A stretch of 64,000 nucleotides of DNA from a virus. The position numbers and the translations under genes were made by a program. The stretch is from the IMG/VR virus record IMGVR_UViG_3300029922_000013, positions 64,001-128,000 of that record, one strand, 5' to 3'. Below the pieces are notes generated by a model. The model did no database searches, was not told the DNA's origin, and saw only the letters and a program-made list of their open reading frames with translations. Below are positions 18,988 to 27,698 of this stretch, piece after piece (the stretch's first letter is position 1; the number at the start of each line of letters is the position of its first letter).

Positions 18988-19962
18988 ATGTCTTTAAAAA
19001 TTGGTAAAGCTCGTTTTGGTGGCGGAACTCAACGTAAATATTTTAAGCTTAAGGAAGGCGATCAAGCCTTCCGAATTCTGCCTCCACTCGGTGATTTGGC
19101 AGATTCTGGGCGCTGGTCTGTTTTTTACAACGTCCATTACGGGTATAAGACCACTGATGGTAAGCAAAAGCCATTTGTGAGTCCGGAAGTTAAGAATCGT
19201 AAGAATGGTATGATTGAAGTTGCAGATGCCGCTAAGGAACGTATTGAGACTCTTAAGGCAGAACTTGAAAAGGCTAAGAAGTCAGGAAATAAAGCTGCCG
19301 TTGACTTGCTAAATGTGCTGGTTGGCCCTACTGGCATGTACAACCTAGACAATAATCACTACCTTAATGTTCTGGATTCCCAAGGTAATATTGGGGTTTT
19401 GAAGCTTCGCCATAAGGCAAAGCTCGCTTTGGAAGCTCAGATTAAGAATCTGCACGCTCAAAGTGTAGATCCACTGAGTGTAGAAGACGGCCGTTTCTTT
19501 GTCTTTAATCGCACTGGAATGGGCCGCGATACTACGTTCGCCGTCAGCATTCTCAAAGAAAAGCTAAATGTGCCGGGTGTCGGTTCAGTAGAACGGGATG
19601 TAGTACATAAGCTTGATAACGATACCCTTAATCGCCTAGAGACGGAAGCAGCTCAGCTGGACAAGCTTTTTAAGCGGTTGACTTCCGAAGAAGTCAAGAG
19701 TGTTGTGGACAGCTCTGAACTGAAAACAGGAACGTCCCCTTATTTGGACAAGATCTTCAATAAAAGTAACGTTTCTGAAGACACTACGGATGACACAGAT
19801 ACCCCTGATGTGACAGAAGAAGTTGCTGCGGCTCCTCCTACGCCGACGCCAACAGCAAGGGTTGCCCTGGTTACACCTAAGGCAGCTCCTGTAAAAACTA
19901 CTGCTCAATCTATTACGGAACAGTCAAATGAAGACTTCATGGCGTCTCTAGAGGCGCTTTAA
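18988..19962 (+). CDS. Single-stranded DNA-binding protein (T4 gp32-like)
   Basis: FKLKEG..FRILPP, DPLS..GR.F; acidic/hydrophobic C-terminal tail NEDFMASLEAL; next to RecA. Confidence 0.75.
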   Translation: MSLKIGKARFGGGTQRKYFKLKEGDQAFRILPPLGDLADSGRWSVFYNVHYGYKTTDGKQKPFVSPEVKNRKNGMIEVADAAKERIETLKAELEKAKKSGNKAAVDLLNVLVGPTGMYNLDNNHYLNVLDSQGNIGVLKLRHKAKLALEAQIKNLHAQSVDPLSVEDGRFFVFNRTGMGRDTTFAVSILKEKLNVPGVGSVERDVVHKLDNDTLNRLETEAAQLDKLFKRLTSEEVKSVVDSSELKTGTSPYLDKIFNKSNVSEDTTDDTDTPDVTEEVAAAPPTPTPTARVALVTPKAAPVKTTAQSITEQSNEDFMASLEAL

Positions 19963-19967
19963 AAAAG

Positions 19968-20064
19968 TTGACTGCGAGCGCAAACGTAGCGATCCGGTCG
20001 GTGTGTGGGTGCTGAAGGTTGTTCACGGGCTTAATGAGGAATGAAATCCTGCCCACACATTTTT
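19968..20064 (+). ncRNA. Candidate structured RNA or terminator-like element
   Basis: 10-bp stem GTGTGTGGGT/GCCCACACAT enclosing an AGGA-ATGAAA-TCCT hairpin, then a T-run. Confidence 0.4.
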
Positions 20065-20065
20065 C

Positions 20066-20095
20066 TTGACAAAGCAATATAAGGCATGTCATTAT
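20066..20095 (+). promoter_or_regulatory. sigma70-type promoter
   Basis: TTGACA-N18-CATTAT with TG extension. Confidence 0.5.
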
Positions 20096-20105
20096 AGGTG
20101 CAAGC

Positions 20106-20642
20106 ATGAATGAAGATAATAGACAAAATCCTAATCAGCACGCTATAACAGTGCCAGCATTTAAAAAATCGCCTCAGCTGCATTTAGATATGACTTTAGT
20201 TAGAGAAGCTGAAACCAGACTAGTAGAAGCTAAAACAGTGAACCCACTAACTTATTCTGATCTTTCTCATACTTTTAATGAAAGCTATCGCATTTTAAAG
20301 ACGCACCTATCTAACGTAGGGTACCAACTGTTACTGGCAGAAAAGGCTCTGGAGGAAGCTAAAGCAGATGTTATCTTGGGCGAGTATATGGAATATCTAA
20401 AAGATAAGCCAAAATCTGCGGGGAGTTCTGAGCTTAGGAATGCTTTTCTTATTAAGAACGCAGAATACAATGCAGCACTAGACAGAATTAATCAACTTAA
20501 AGCTATTCAATCAAATTTTGAAGGTAAGATCAAGGTTCTGGAAAATGTAAATAGATACATGAATCAAAAGATGTATCTAGTTTCGCGTTCAGGTTTAGGT
20601 AATGACAATTTGTATGTAACAAGCGGAAAGAAGGATAAGTAA
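20106..20642 (+). CDS. Putative recombination mediator (UvsY-like)
   Basis: All-helical coiled coil lying between SSB and RecA; inference from context. Confidence 0.45.
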   Translation: MNEDNRQNPNQHAITVPAFKKSPQLHLDMTLVREAETRLVEAKTVNPLTYSDLSHTFNESYRILKTHLSNVGYQLLLAEKALEEAKADVILGEYMEYLKDKPKSAGSSELRNAFLIKNAEYNAALDRINQLKAIQSNFEGKIKVLENVNRYMNQKMYLVSRSGLGNDNLYVTSGKKDK

Positions 20643-21734
20643 ATGAGTACCACAGATAAGCCAACCGACGACAAGAAAGACAAAAAGAAGGATAATCCAT
20701 GGCTCAAGCAGCTTAGAGGTTACGATGATGCTGTAGATTACGACTATGATAGTTTTGCACCTGAAAACTGCTTGTACACTCCAAGCCCCTATTTTAATTG
20801 GATTTTTGCAAATAAAGCCAACGGTGTCCCCAAGAACAGTTCCATCTTGTTCTTTTCTGAGCCTAAAGCTGGTAAATCGCTTTCTATCTATGCCATGATC
20901 AAGGAAATGCAGGCTAGAGATCCAGAAGGTATTTCTATCTATTTTAATACCGAAATGCGCGGTCAGCTGCAACACACAGCCATTCCTGGTATTGACCAAA
21001 CTCGTTCATTTATTTATGATACCAACCAGGCCACCGATATCTTTGACCGTGTTGAAGGAGACATCAAGAGCATGGTACAAGACGGAATGCCTCTTCGAAT
21101 GATCGCCATAGACTCCCTAAACGGTATTATGGGTATTAAACGTGGGGATGCCGACTCTGTTGCTAATCATCTAATGGGTGATCAGGCTCTAACCCTTAAG
21201 AACGGATTGGGTAAGTTGATCCCATTCTGCAAGCAGAACAAGATTCTACTCATTGGAACTGCTCAAATGGCAGCTAATCTAGAAGCAGGGTCTTATGGAC
21301 CTAAAGAAAAGATGTCAGCTTCATGGTTCACCAGGCATGCGTTTGAGTACTACATCTCTTTAAAGCGTGCGGGAGCTGCCGAAGATAAGCAAGATATCGA
21401 AGGCAAGACCTTTGAAGAGGAAGACCACAAGGACGCTCGTGGCAACAAACTGCTGAATGGTCACAAAGTCTTTGCCAAGATGGAGCAGTCTTCTATTGGT
21501 CAAGCTGGTCGTGCTGGAGTGTTTACCTTGTCTTATGACAGTGGCATCGTGAATCAGCACGAGGAGATCTTTTGGCTGGCCAAGAATTTGGGAATCCTAA
21601 AAACTGAAAATAATAGAACCTACTTCTATGGCGATCACAAGTTCAACGGTAAAAAAGAAGCCGCTTTTGCTATCCGAGACAACCAGGAATTGGCTAAAGC
21701 TCTTTTAGAAGAAGTTCGCAAGCTAGATAAATAA
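20643..21734 (+). CDS. recA: RecA/UvsX-like recombinase
   Basis: Walker A SEPKAGKS, YFNTE, Walker B IAIDSL, MGDQA. Confidence 0.85.
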   Translation: MSTTDKPTDDKKDKKKDNPWLKQLRGYDDAVDYDYDSFAPENCLYTPSPYFNWIFANKANGVPKNSSILFFSEPKAGKSLSIYAMIKEMQARDPEGISIYFNTEMRGQLQHTAIPGIDQTRSFIYDTNQATDIFDRVEGDIKSMVQDGMPLRMIAIDSLNGIMGIKRGDADSVANHLMGDQALTLKNGLGKLIPFCKQNKILLIGTAQMAANLEAGSYGPKEKMSASWFTRHAFEYYISLKRAGAAEDKQDIEGKTFEEEDHKDARGNKLLNGHKVFAKMEQSSIGQAGRAGVFTLSYDSGIVNQHEEIFWLAKNLGILKTENNRTYFYGDHKFNGKKEAAFAIRDNQELAKALLEEVRKLDK

Positions 21735-21741
21735 AACACAA

Positions 21742-21811
21742 GGCGGGAAGCTTTTCCTAAATGAAGCCCCTCGTTGAGAGGGAAGAAGTGGGTGTAAGGC
21801 CCACCCCGCCA
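21742..21811 (+). ncRNA. Degenerate tRNA-like cloverleaf (pseudo-tRNA or mimic)
   Basis: Stems GGCGGG/CCCGCC, CTTT/GAAG, CCCTC/GAGGG and GTGGG-7nt-CCCAC in tRNA order. Confidence 0.55.
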
Positions 21812-21828
21812 GCTAAAAAGAGTGCAAA

Positions 21829-22752
21829 ATGATTAAAGTTGATAGACCTACACCAGATAACAAAAGAATAAATCACAAGGATTCCTTTGAAGAATGCTAC
21901 CTCCGTCATCAGTATATACGTAGAGCTAAACATAACCCCACCATAGACGAAATGAAGCCCTATAATCATATTATAGAGAACTTTGCTAAAAATACCTATT
22001 TTGTGTACAAGAGCCTTTTCATGTTGGTTGGACTAGATTTGGACGATGTTACTAACGCCGCCCAGGTTCACTTGGTTAGCTATTTAGGTTTATTTGCTAT
22101 AGAACGTAAACCAGAAAAGTTGGCAAACTTTAAGCGTACTTTTAGAAGTCATAACTCTATAGTTTGTAAAAAAGAAGACATTCTAAATAAGAATAGAGCA
22201 GACTTCACTTGTTTTTTGAAACAACGCCTAGAGGACATGGTTAGAGTGTGTCGTCAAAAAGCAAGGAATATTAAAGGTTTGCATTCCGAAGAATTCATTG
22301 TTTTTTCAGGCACGAAACAACCCCCTAAAGATATTGAAGATTTGTTGGAGAATCATAGCAAGCACGGGTACAAGTCGTTGGGAACTTCTGCTTTCAAATC
22401 TCTTAAAAAGAAGATGAAAAATAAACAAGAAGGTCCTGTTTATCTAGACGACGGCGTTTGGTACGTTTGTGTGCCGATCAGAAAGAAAACACTGTCTTTT
22501 ACAGATTTTACTTGCAATAATGCAGATCCCTATGATAATCTACACAACATGACTCCCGAAGAAATTTTCGAGCGATCGGAATCAAGAAATTTTTGCAAGG
22601 ATAACTATTCGGAATTTAACTCTATTCCTGACAAGGATAAGATTAAAATTGTTAGATCTTTTGTTGAAGAAAATAAAGAAAATAAGTTTCTTAAAGAAGA
22701 AGTCGATACAGCCAAGAGACTTTTGGAGAATCTAAATGTCACCAACATTTGA
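21829..22752 (+). CDS. Hypothetical protein with sigma region-2-like segment
   Basis: IIENFAK...GLDLDDVTNAAQVHL...ADFTCFLKQRL. Confidence 0.4.
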   Translation: MIKVDRPTPDNKRINHKDSFEECYLRHQYIRRAKHNPTIDEMKPYNHIIENFAKNTYFVYKSLFMLVGLDLDDVTNAAQVHLVSYLGLFAIERKPEKLANFKRTFRSHNSIVCKKEDILNKNRADFTCFLKQRLEDMVRVCRQKARNIKGLHSEEFIVFSGTKQPPKDIEDLLENHSKHGYKSLGTSAFKSLKKKMKNKQEGPVYLDDGVWYVCVPIRKKTLSFTDFTCNNADPYDNLHNMTPEEIFERSESRNFCKDNYSEFNSIPDKDKIKIVRSFVEENKENKFLKEEVDTAKRLLENLNVTNI

Positions 22753-23266
22753 TGAAATAGTCAGGGCTTGGATACTTTTCTATGACGATCGTTTGCCCAA
22801 GGAAAGAAAAGATCGAATTAAAGCCTTTATAACTTTGTTGATTAATCTAGAGAAACATAGTTATACAAAAGAAGATTTGAATCTTTCAAAAAAAGAAAGA
22901 ATCGTCAGAGCTTGTGTAAATCCTTTCTACAAAAACGCTAAGCTTAAGCCATGGATGGCGCTTAACATGGATCTTTTGGAAAAAGCCATAGATTTACATT
23001 ATCCTGTAATGGAGATTGAAGAAGCCATACTAACTCCTGAACAGGATGCTAAACTCGATAATATGAAACGAAGAGCTGAGGAAACTAAAGCTCTGAGAAC
23101 TGCAGATAATTCTGAGTCCGAATATAATGACGGGACAATTGATTTAGCACAAAGTTTGCCAAATATGGGCGATGAAATAGAGCTTACACAGGAGATGTTA
23201 GACGCTATGGATGGTCCGGACGTAGTCTACGATGAAGATTTCGAAAAGAAATTAGGACTCAAATAG
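22736..23266 (+). CDS. Hypothetical protein with acidic C-terminus
   Basis: ORF with GGAG SD. Confidence 0.7.
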   Translation: MSPTFDEIVRAWILFYDDRLPKERKDRIKAFITLLINLEKHSYTKEDLNLSKKERIVRACVNPFYKNAKLKPWMALNMDLLEKAIDLHYPVMEIEEAILTPEQDAKLDNMKRRAEETKALRTADNSESEYNDGTIDLAQSLPNMGDEIELTQEMLDAMDGPDVVYDEDFEKKLGLK

Positions 23267-24424
23267 ATGAGTCAAGATGTTAATAAGCCCAAAAGTGAAG
23301 CTCTTCAGAAGTTACAAGAAGTTCTGGAACGAGATAAAGAACTCGATCTAAGAAAAAAAGAACTTCAGGAAAAAAAATTGTTAGTCGAAACCTATAGGTA
23401 TACTAACGAACTTGAAAAAATTACTAAAAATGAAGCCGACGTTAATCGGACAGATAAAGTCAATGTCGGTATAATGTCCGATGAAGAAATCGAAGTCATT
23501 AAAAATAAAAATCGTGCTTATTTAGAAAATGCAAAAAATGGTATGGACTTTCTAAATGCATGCTTTCGTAAACCGGTCCCATGTTGGGCCGGTAATGTTA
23601 TTCTGGTGGGTGGCAGAACCGGAGGTGGCAAATCATCAGCATCTGCCAATTTAATTTACACTACGATTAAACAAGTGAATCTGGTGACAGGTAAAAATCG
23701 GAAGGCTCTTATAATAAGTTGTGAAGAAGACACTCTTCAAGTTTTCAATAGACTTACCTGTCTCGTTCATGGTTGGGATTTTAATAACATTGAAGAATTT
23801 ACAGACGAACAAAAGGAAACACTGATTGAATTTTCTGGTAAATGGCCTAAAATGGGTGTCACTGTTATCGGAAAAGACGACCACGGGAGAACTGATAGTT
23901 TGGAAGGTATTCAGTCAATTTTTCAAAATCTACTGTCCTCTGGAGAACAGTATGACATGATCCTGGTGGATTATATTCAGAAGATTGTAAATAGTAAGAA
24001 ACACATGAACATGCAGCAATTTACAGTCATTAAAGAAGTTATGGGTGTTTTCGATTATTATAAAGATTTGTATCCAGCTGTCATTGTCGTAATGTCTCAG
24101 CTATCTTCTGCTAAGGCAGGAGATCCAGAAAATGAGATGGATTTTCAAGATCGGTTAAGAGGTTGCAAAGACATTATTACACCGTGTACCGTGGCTTTAG
24201 AAATGGTTCCCGACTATCAAAAACTTAGCACTAAGTGGATTATTAGAAAAAATCGTTATAAGGGGCATACCGTAGGTACATTCGTAGAAACAGCCTATGA
24301 TAGGGGTATGTTTAAGCCAATAAATGATCAGTGGCGAAAGGATGTTGCCGATGCCGCAGAAAAAGCTAGTCGTTATAACACCATCGGAAAACTTATTGAA
24401 GAGCCTAAGAAAGAAGAAAAGTGA
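23267..24424 (+). CDS. DnaB-like (SF4) replicative helicase
   Basis: GGRTGGGKS, ISCEE, LVDYIQ, MSQL, IRKNRY. Confidence 0.88.
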   Translation: MSQDVNKPKSEALQKLQEVLERDKELDLRKKELQEKKLLVETYRYTNELEKITKNEADVNRTDKVNVGIMSDEEIEVIKNKNRAYLENAKNGMDFLNACFRKPVPCWAGNVILVGGRTGGGKSSASANLIYTTIKQVNLVTGKNRKALIISCEEDTLQVFNRLTCLVHGWDFNNIEEFTDEQKETLIEFSGKWPKMGVTVIGKDDHGRTDSLEGIQSIFQNLLSSGEQYDMILVDYIQKIVNSKKHMNMQQFTVIKEVMGVFDYYKDLYPAVIVVMSQLSSAKAGDPENEMDFQDRLRGCKDIITPCTVALEMVPDYQKLSTKWIIRKNRYKGHTVGTFVETAYDRGMFKPINDQWRKDVADAAEKASRYNTIGKLIEEPKKEEK

Positions 24425-24723
24425 TGGAAATAACTTTTAAAGAAATCGAAATAGTTAAACTTGACTTAAAACCAGGAGATATCTTGTTGGTTAAAGTTAA
24501 AAGCGATGATATAGATGAATCAGTATTAGATCATCTGAAGAAAGGCCTTAAAAGTGCGTTGCCTGGCATAAAGGTGGCTTTATTTGGGATGTCTCTATTA
24601 GATGATATGGATTTTTCCATAGTCAGAGAAGACTCCGTGGAGTGTGGCACTCAAAGTTATTGCACAGATTGTAGTTGTGGTAAGAAAGAGCAAAACGAAG
24701 CAAAGGGAGAAGAAAATGTATAG
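24421..24723 (+). CDS. Hypothetical protein
   Basis: Coupled ORF; C-terminal CxxCxC. Confidence 0.7.
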   Translation: MMEITFKEIEIVKLDLKPGDILLVKVKSDDIDESVLDHLKKGLKSALPGIKVALFGMSLLDDMDFSIVREDSVECGTQSYCTDCSCGKKEQNEAKGEENV

Positions 24724-25129
24724 CAGAGAAACTATCAATGAGCTAAATCAGTTGTCCAAGGATGTGTACGGAGCTTCTAGCAAATGGCGAAAATTGGTCG
24801 AAAGGGGAGAAGTAAGACTTCTTACAGAAGAAGAAGTTCAATACGATTCTGAAGCTAATAATGGGGAGGGTGAAAGAAAAAATATCACGGTACCCGTTAT
24901 TTATCATGGACCTAATGGCGGAAAACTTCGTCAAAGTTATATGCACCGTTATGATGAAAAAACTGTAAAAGAGCATATGCTTAATATTAAAGATCAACGA
25001 GATAAGTTCATGGAAATGATTAAGAAACAGCAAGCAGATGCTCAAGCAGCTGATGTAGCCAAGAAAGTAGAAGAAGCCAACGCGGCTGTAGCAGAGGCTG
25101 TTTCAGCAGTTTCTGGTAGTGCAGTCTGA
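24716..25129 (+). CDS. Hypothetical protein
   Basis: ATG 24716 with GGAG SD. Confidence 0.7.
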   Translation: MYSRETINELNQLSKDVYGASSKWRKLVERGEVRLLTEEEVQYDSEANNGEGERKNITVPVIYHGPNGGKLRQSYMHRYDEKTVKEHMLNIKDQRDKFMEMIKKQQADAQAADVAKKVEEANAAVAEAVSAVSGSAV

Positions 25130-25137
25130 TATTTAGC

Positions 25138-25166
25138 TTGACTTATAATTATATTGGGTCTAGGAT
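25138..25166 (+). promoter_or_regulatory. sigma70-type promoter for primase (near-leaderless)
   Basis: TTGACT-N17-TAGGAT, ATG 8 nt downstream. Confidence 0.65.
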
Positions 25167-25174
25167 GGTGACAG

Positions 25175-26026
25175 ATGCAAGATCTAAAAAGCCTCCTAGA
25201 CCTAATGTTTTTACCAGAAGATACGGTGGTTGTTAGTAATAATAAATTCGCTACTCATAGTGTTTCAATAGAAACCGTTTTGTCTGGAGAAGTTACCTTA
25301 GTAAGCTCTAATCAAAAGGTTTCTAATCAAATTGTTAAAACATCTGAACTAATTTTTTTAGCTATCAATCCTATCAAAGGATTTCGTTTAGATTCAAATG
25401 CTTACAGACTCCAGAATTTTCTTTTAGAATGCGATACTGGGTCCATAACTTCTCAAGTAGAGTACCTAAAAAATCTAGGTATACCATATTCTGCAATCAT
25501 ATTTAGCGGTTCCAAGTCAGCCCACATTCTAGTGGCTTTAGACACTCCTCTTGATGAAAAAACCTACAGACTTTTATATGTGTGGATACTACGTATCGGC
25601 ACACTTTTTGATCAAAATTGCAAAAATCCTTCAAGATGTATTCGTATACCGGGCGCTACACGCCCAGAAACTGGAAAACAGCAGACTCTTTTAGAACTTA
25701 AAGAAAAGGTGAAACTAGAAGACTTGATGGTGTGGCTAAATCTATATGAGCATCTAAGACCTAAAGAGCGTGAACGAAAAAGCTTGACAAACGGAGCAGA
25801 CCATGACAAACTAAGTCCATGGGTAAAAACTGCACTAAAATATGGTATAAAATTCGATAAAGGAAGAAATCACACGTGGCATAGTATATTTTGCGACTTC
25901 GCTTTAGCTGGTTATCCTAAAGATCAAGCTATCGACTTTCTAAGTGTCTACTTCGTGGAGGAATTCGATTTTAAAGAAAAAGAATGGCTTAGAATAGCAC
26001 AGAGCGCATACGACAAGCATGGATAA
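25175..26026 (+). CDS. AEP/RepB-type primase with PriCT-like C-terminus
   Basis: LLECD, FSGSKSAH, D..CKNPSRCIRIPG, GRN. Confidence 0.8.
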   Translation: MQDLKSLLDLMFLPEDTVVVSNNKFATHSVSIETVLSGEVTLVSSNQKVSNQIVKTSELIFLAINPIKGFRLDSNAYRLQNFLLECDTGSITSQVEYLKNLGIPYSAIIFSGSKSAHILVALDTPLDEKTYRLLYVWILRIGTLFDQNCKNPSRCIRIPGATRPETGKQQTLLELKEKVKLEDLMVWLNLYEHLRPKERERKSLTNGADHDKLSPWVKTALKYGIKFDKGRNHTWHSIFCDFALAGYPKDQAIDFLSVYFVEEFDFKEKEWLRIAQSAYDKHG

Positions 26027-26038
26027 AAGGAGGGTATC

Positions 26039-26533
26039 TTGAAAAGAGATGAAGAATTGAAAAGATTAGTCAAGTACGCTCAAGCTATGAACGTACGCGT
26101 ATCTTTTAAGCCCCAGCATAACGTGGATGCCGACGCTGATTGGACAACCGATGGAAAAGAAATAAATATCTATGATTCTTCTAAAAAATCTAAGGTATTT
26201 TTAATTTTGTGTCTAATTCATGAGATTGGTCACCATTGTCAATTTATTCACGGGAACGATAGAAAAGTAGATGCGAAATTAGATGAAGCGTTAGCTTCAG
26301 AAGAAGAGAAAAAATCTTATAGAAAAAGAATTTATGATTGGGAAGTAAAAGGGACTGGTTGGTGGGAATCTATTTACAAAGACGCTGACTTAAAATTTCC
26401 GATCTATAAACTTTATATCGAACGTGATTCCGATCTTTGGATGTACCAAACTTATTATGAAACTGGAAAGTTTCCAACAAAGAAAGACAAAAGAGAGAAA
26501 CGAAAAGAATTAAAAAGGAAATATAGACCATGA
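26039..26533 (+). CDS. HExxH zinc metallopeptidase-like (ImmA/IrrE-like)
   Basis: LIHEIGH with downstream E (WEV). Confidence 0.65.
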   Translation: MKRDEELKRLVKYAQAMNVRVSFKPQHNVDADADWTTDGKEINIYDSSKKSKVFLILCLIHEIGHHCQFIHGNDRKVDAKLDEALASEEEKKSYRKRIYDWEVKGTGWWESIYKDADLKFPIYKLYIERDSDLWMYQTYYETGKFPTKKDKREKRKELKRKYRP

Positions 26534-27105
26534 GTCAAGAAAAGAAGTATCTTGAAATTGAAAGTAAGTATTCTGCTGATAACATCAGTAGGCTCGATTT
26601 TAAGTCACTTCTTTCGACATTGAATCCCAAGAACTTTCTCTATGTAGAATCTAAAGACGTGTACTACACCAAGGGTGAGAATGAGTTTCTTAGGCATAGG
26701 AACCGCCCCAATTTTGGGAGCGATGAGCGTTCTGAACTTACCTTTAAAAAGAAACACATAAGCACGAACAACATTGTCAGGACTGAAGTAAATTTGAGAG
26801 TGGACAAAAATAGTGCAGAATTAGTAGAAGCTTTTTGTAAGGGATTGGGATATGAAAAGAACTTCTCGGTGGAGAAATTTTGTGATATTTACTACTTTGA
26901 TGATGGGGACGTAGTGTACTATAGTGTTATAGATGAAGAAGGTAAAACCGCTAGTTTCTTAGAAATTGAATGCGATGAAGACGCTGATCTAACGGAAGAC
27001 CAAGCTAGAGAGGTCATCTCTAAATACGAAAAGCTTCTGGCTCCCATAGGAATTACTCCACAGAAAAGAATGAAGCTGAGTTTATTTGAAAGGTATAGAA
27101 AATGA
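26530..27105 (+). CDS. CYTH / triphosphate-tunnel metalloenzyme (class IV adenylyl cyclase-like)
   Basis: EIESK (ExExK), DVYY, LRHR, LTFK, RTE, FLEIE. Confidence 0.85.
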   Translation: MSQEKKYLEIESKYSADNISRLDFKSLLSTLNPKNFLYVESKDVYYTKGENEFLRHRNRPNFGSDERSELTFKKKHISTNNIVRTEVNLRVDKNSAELVEAFCKGLGYEKNFSVEKFCDIYYFDDGDVVYYSVIDEEGKTASFLEIECDEDADLTEDQAREVISKYEKLLAPIGITPQKRMKLSLFERYRK

Positions 27106-27350
27106 CTCCTGAAGAAATTGTAGGTTTAATAGGAAATATAGCCAATCGTCAAGATATTCGCGAGATTCAAGAACGACAGATTGAAGAAATTTACAGTCTC
27201 GTCAAAGAATTTGAAGATATTGCTAAGGAATGGCGAAAAGGCTATCTTGATCTAGAAATAAAACATAAAGTAAAGGTTGCCAATTTAGAGCAAACTATCG
27301 AAGAACTTGAAAAAGATTTTAAGGATCTTAAAATGGATTGGGATGAATAA
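27102..27350 (+). CDS. Hypothetical protein
   Basis: Coupled ORF. Confidence 0.65.
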   Translation: MTPEEIVGLIGNIANRQDIREIQERQIEEIYSLVKEFEDIAKEWRKGYLDLEIKHKVKVANLEQTIEELEKDFKDLKMDWDE

Positions 27351-27604
27351 TGGAAGATGAACAAAATAGTATATATAGAATAGCGGCCAAGGTGAAAAAC
27401 TTGGCTAGAGGTGATGACGCTCATCTCACGCCCGTAGGTGAAGCTATGTGTAACTACTATATTATAGTATTAAAAGATTTTTATGATTTCGCGGAAGATC
27501 TGCCAGGATCGTATAAACAAGAGCTAATAGCCTTGATAGAGCATCACTACGATATGCCTGGTAAGTTGATTAGAGCTGTAAAGCCTAAAAAATCAACTAG
27601 CTAA
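27350..27604 (+). CDS. Hypothetical protein
   Basis: Coupled ORF (TAATG). Confidence 0.65.
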   Translation: MEDEQNSIYRIAAKVKNLARGDDAHLTPVGEAMCNYYIIVLKDFYDFAEDLPGSYKQELIALIEHHYDMPGKLIRAVKPKKSTS

Positions 27605-27650
27605 AGCGTCAAAGACAAATTTAACTAGCATGTATATTTCCATATAAAAT

Positions 27651-27678
27651 ACTCCTAGGAGCATCATAACTCCTAGGA
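27651..27678. terminator. Palindromic direct repeat / hairpin at the convergence of the two arms
   Basis: ACTCCTAGGA twice; TCCTAGGAG-N8-CTCCTAGGA stem. Confidence 0.45.
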
Positions 27679-27698
27679 ATGCTAATCCGCGATTCACA

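Noticed and set aside
19974-19984. GCGAGCGCAAA shared with intergenic 61907-61917
   Set aside because: One shared 11-mer is within chance expectation; no further copies seen.
21742-21811. Functional tRNA-Gln(TTG)
   Set aside because: Lacks TTC, D-loop GG, U33, a 7-bp acceptor stem and CCA; reported only as tRNA-like.
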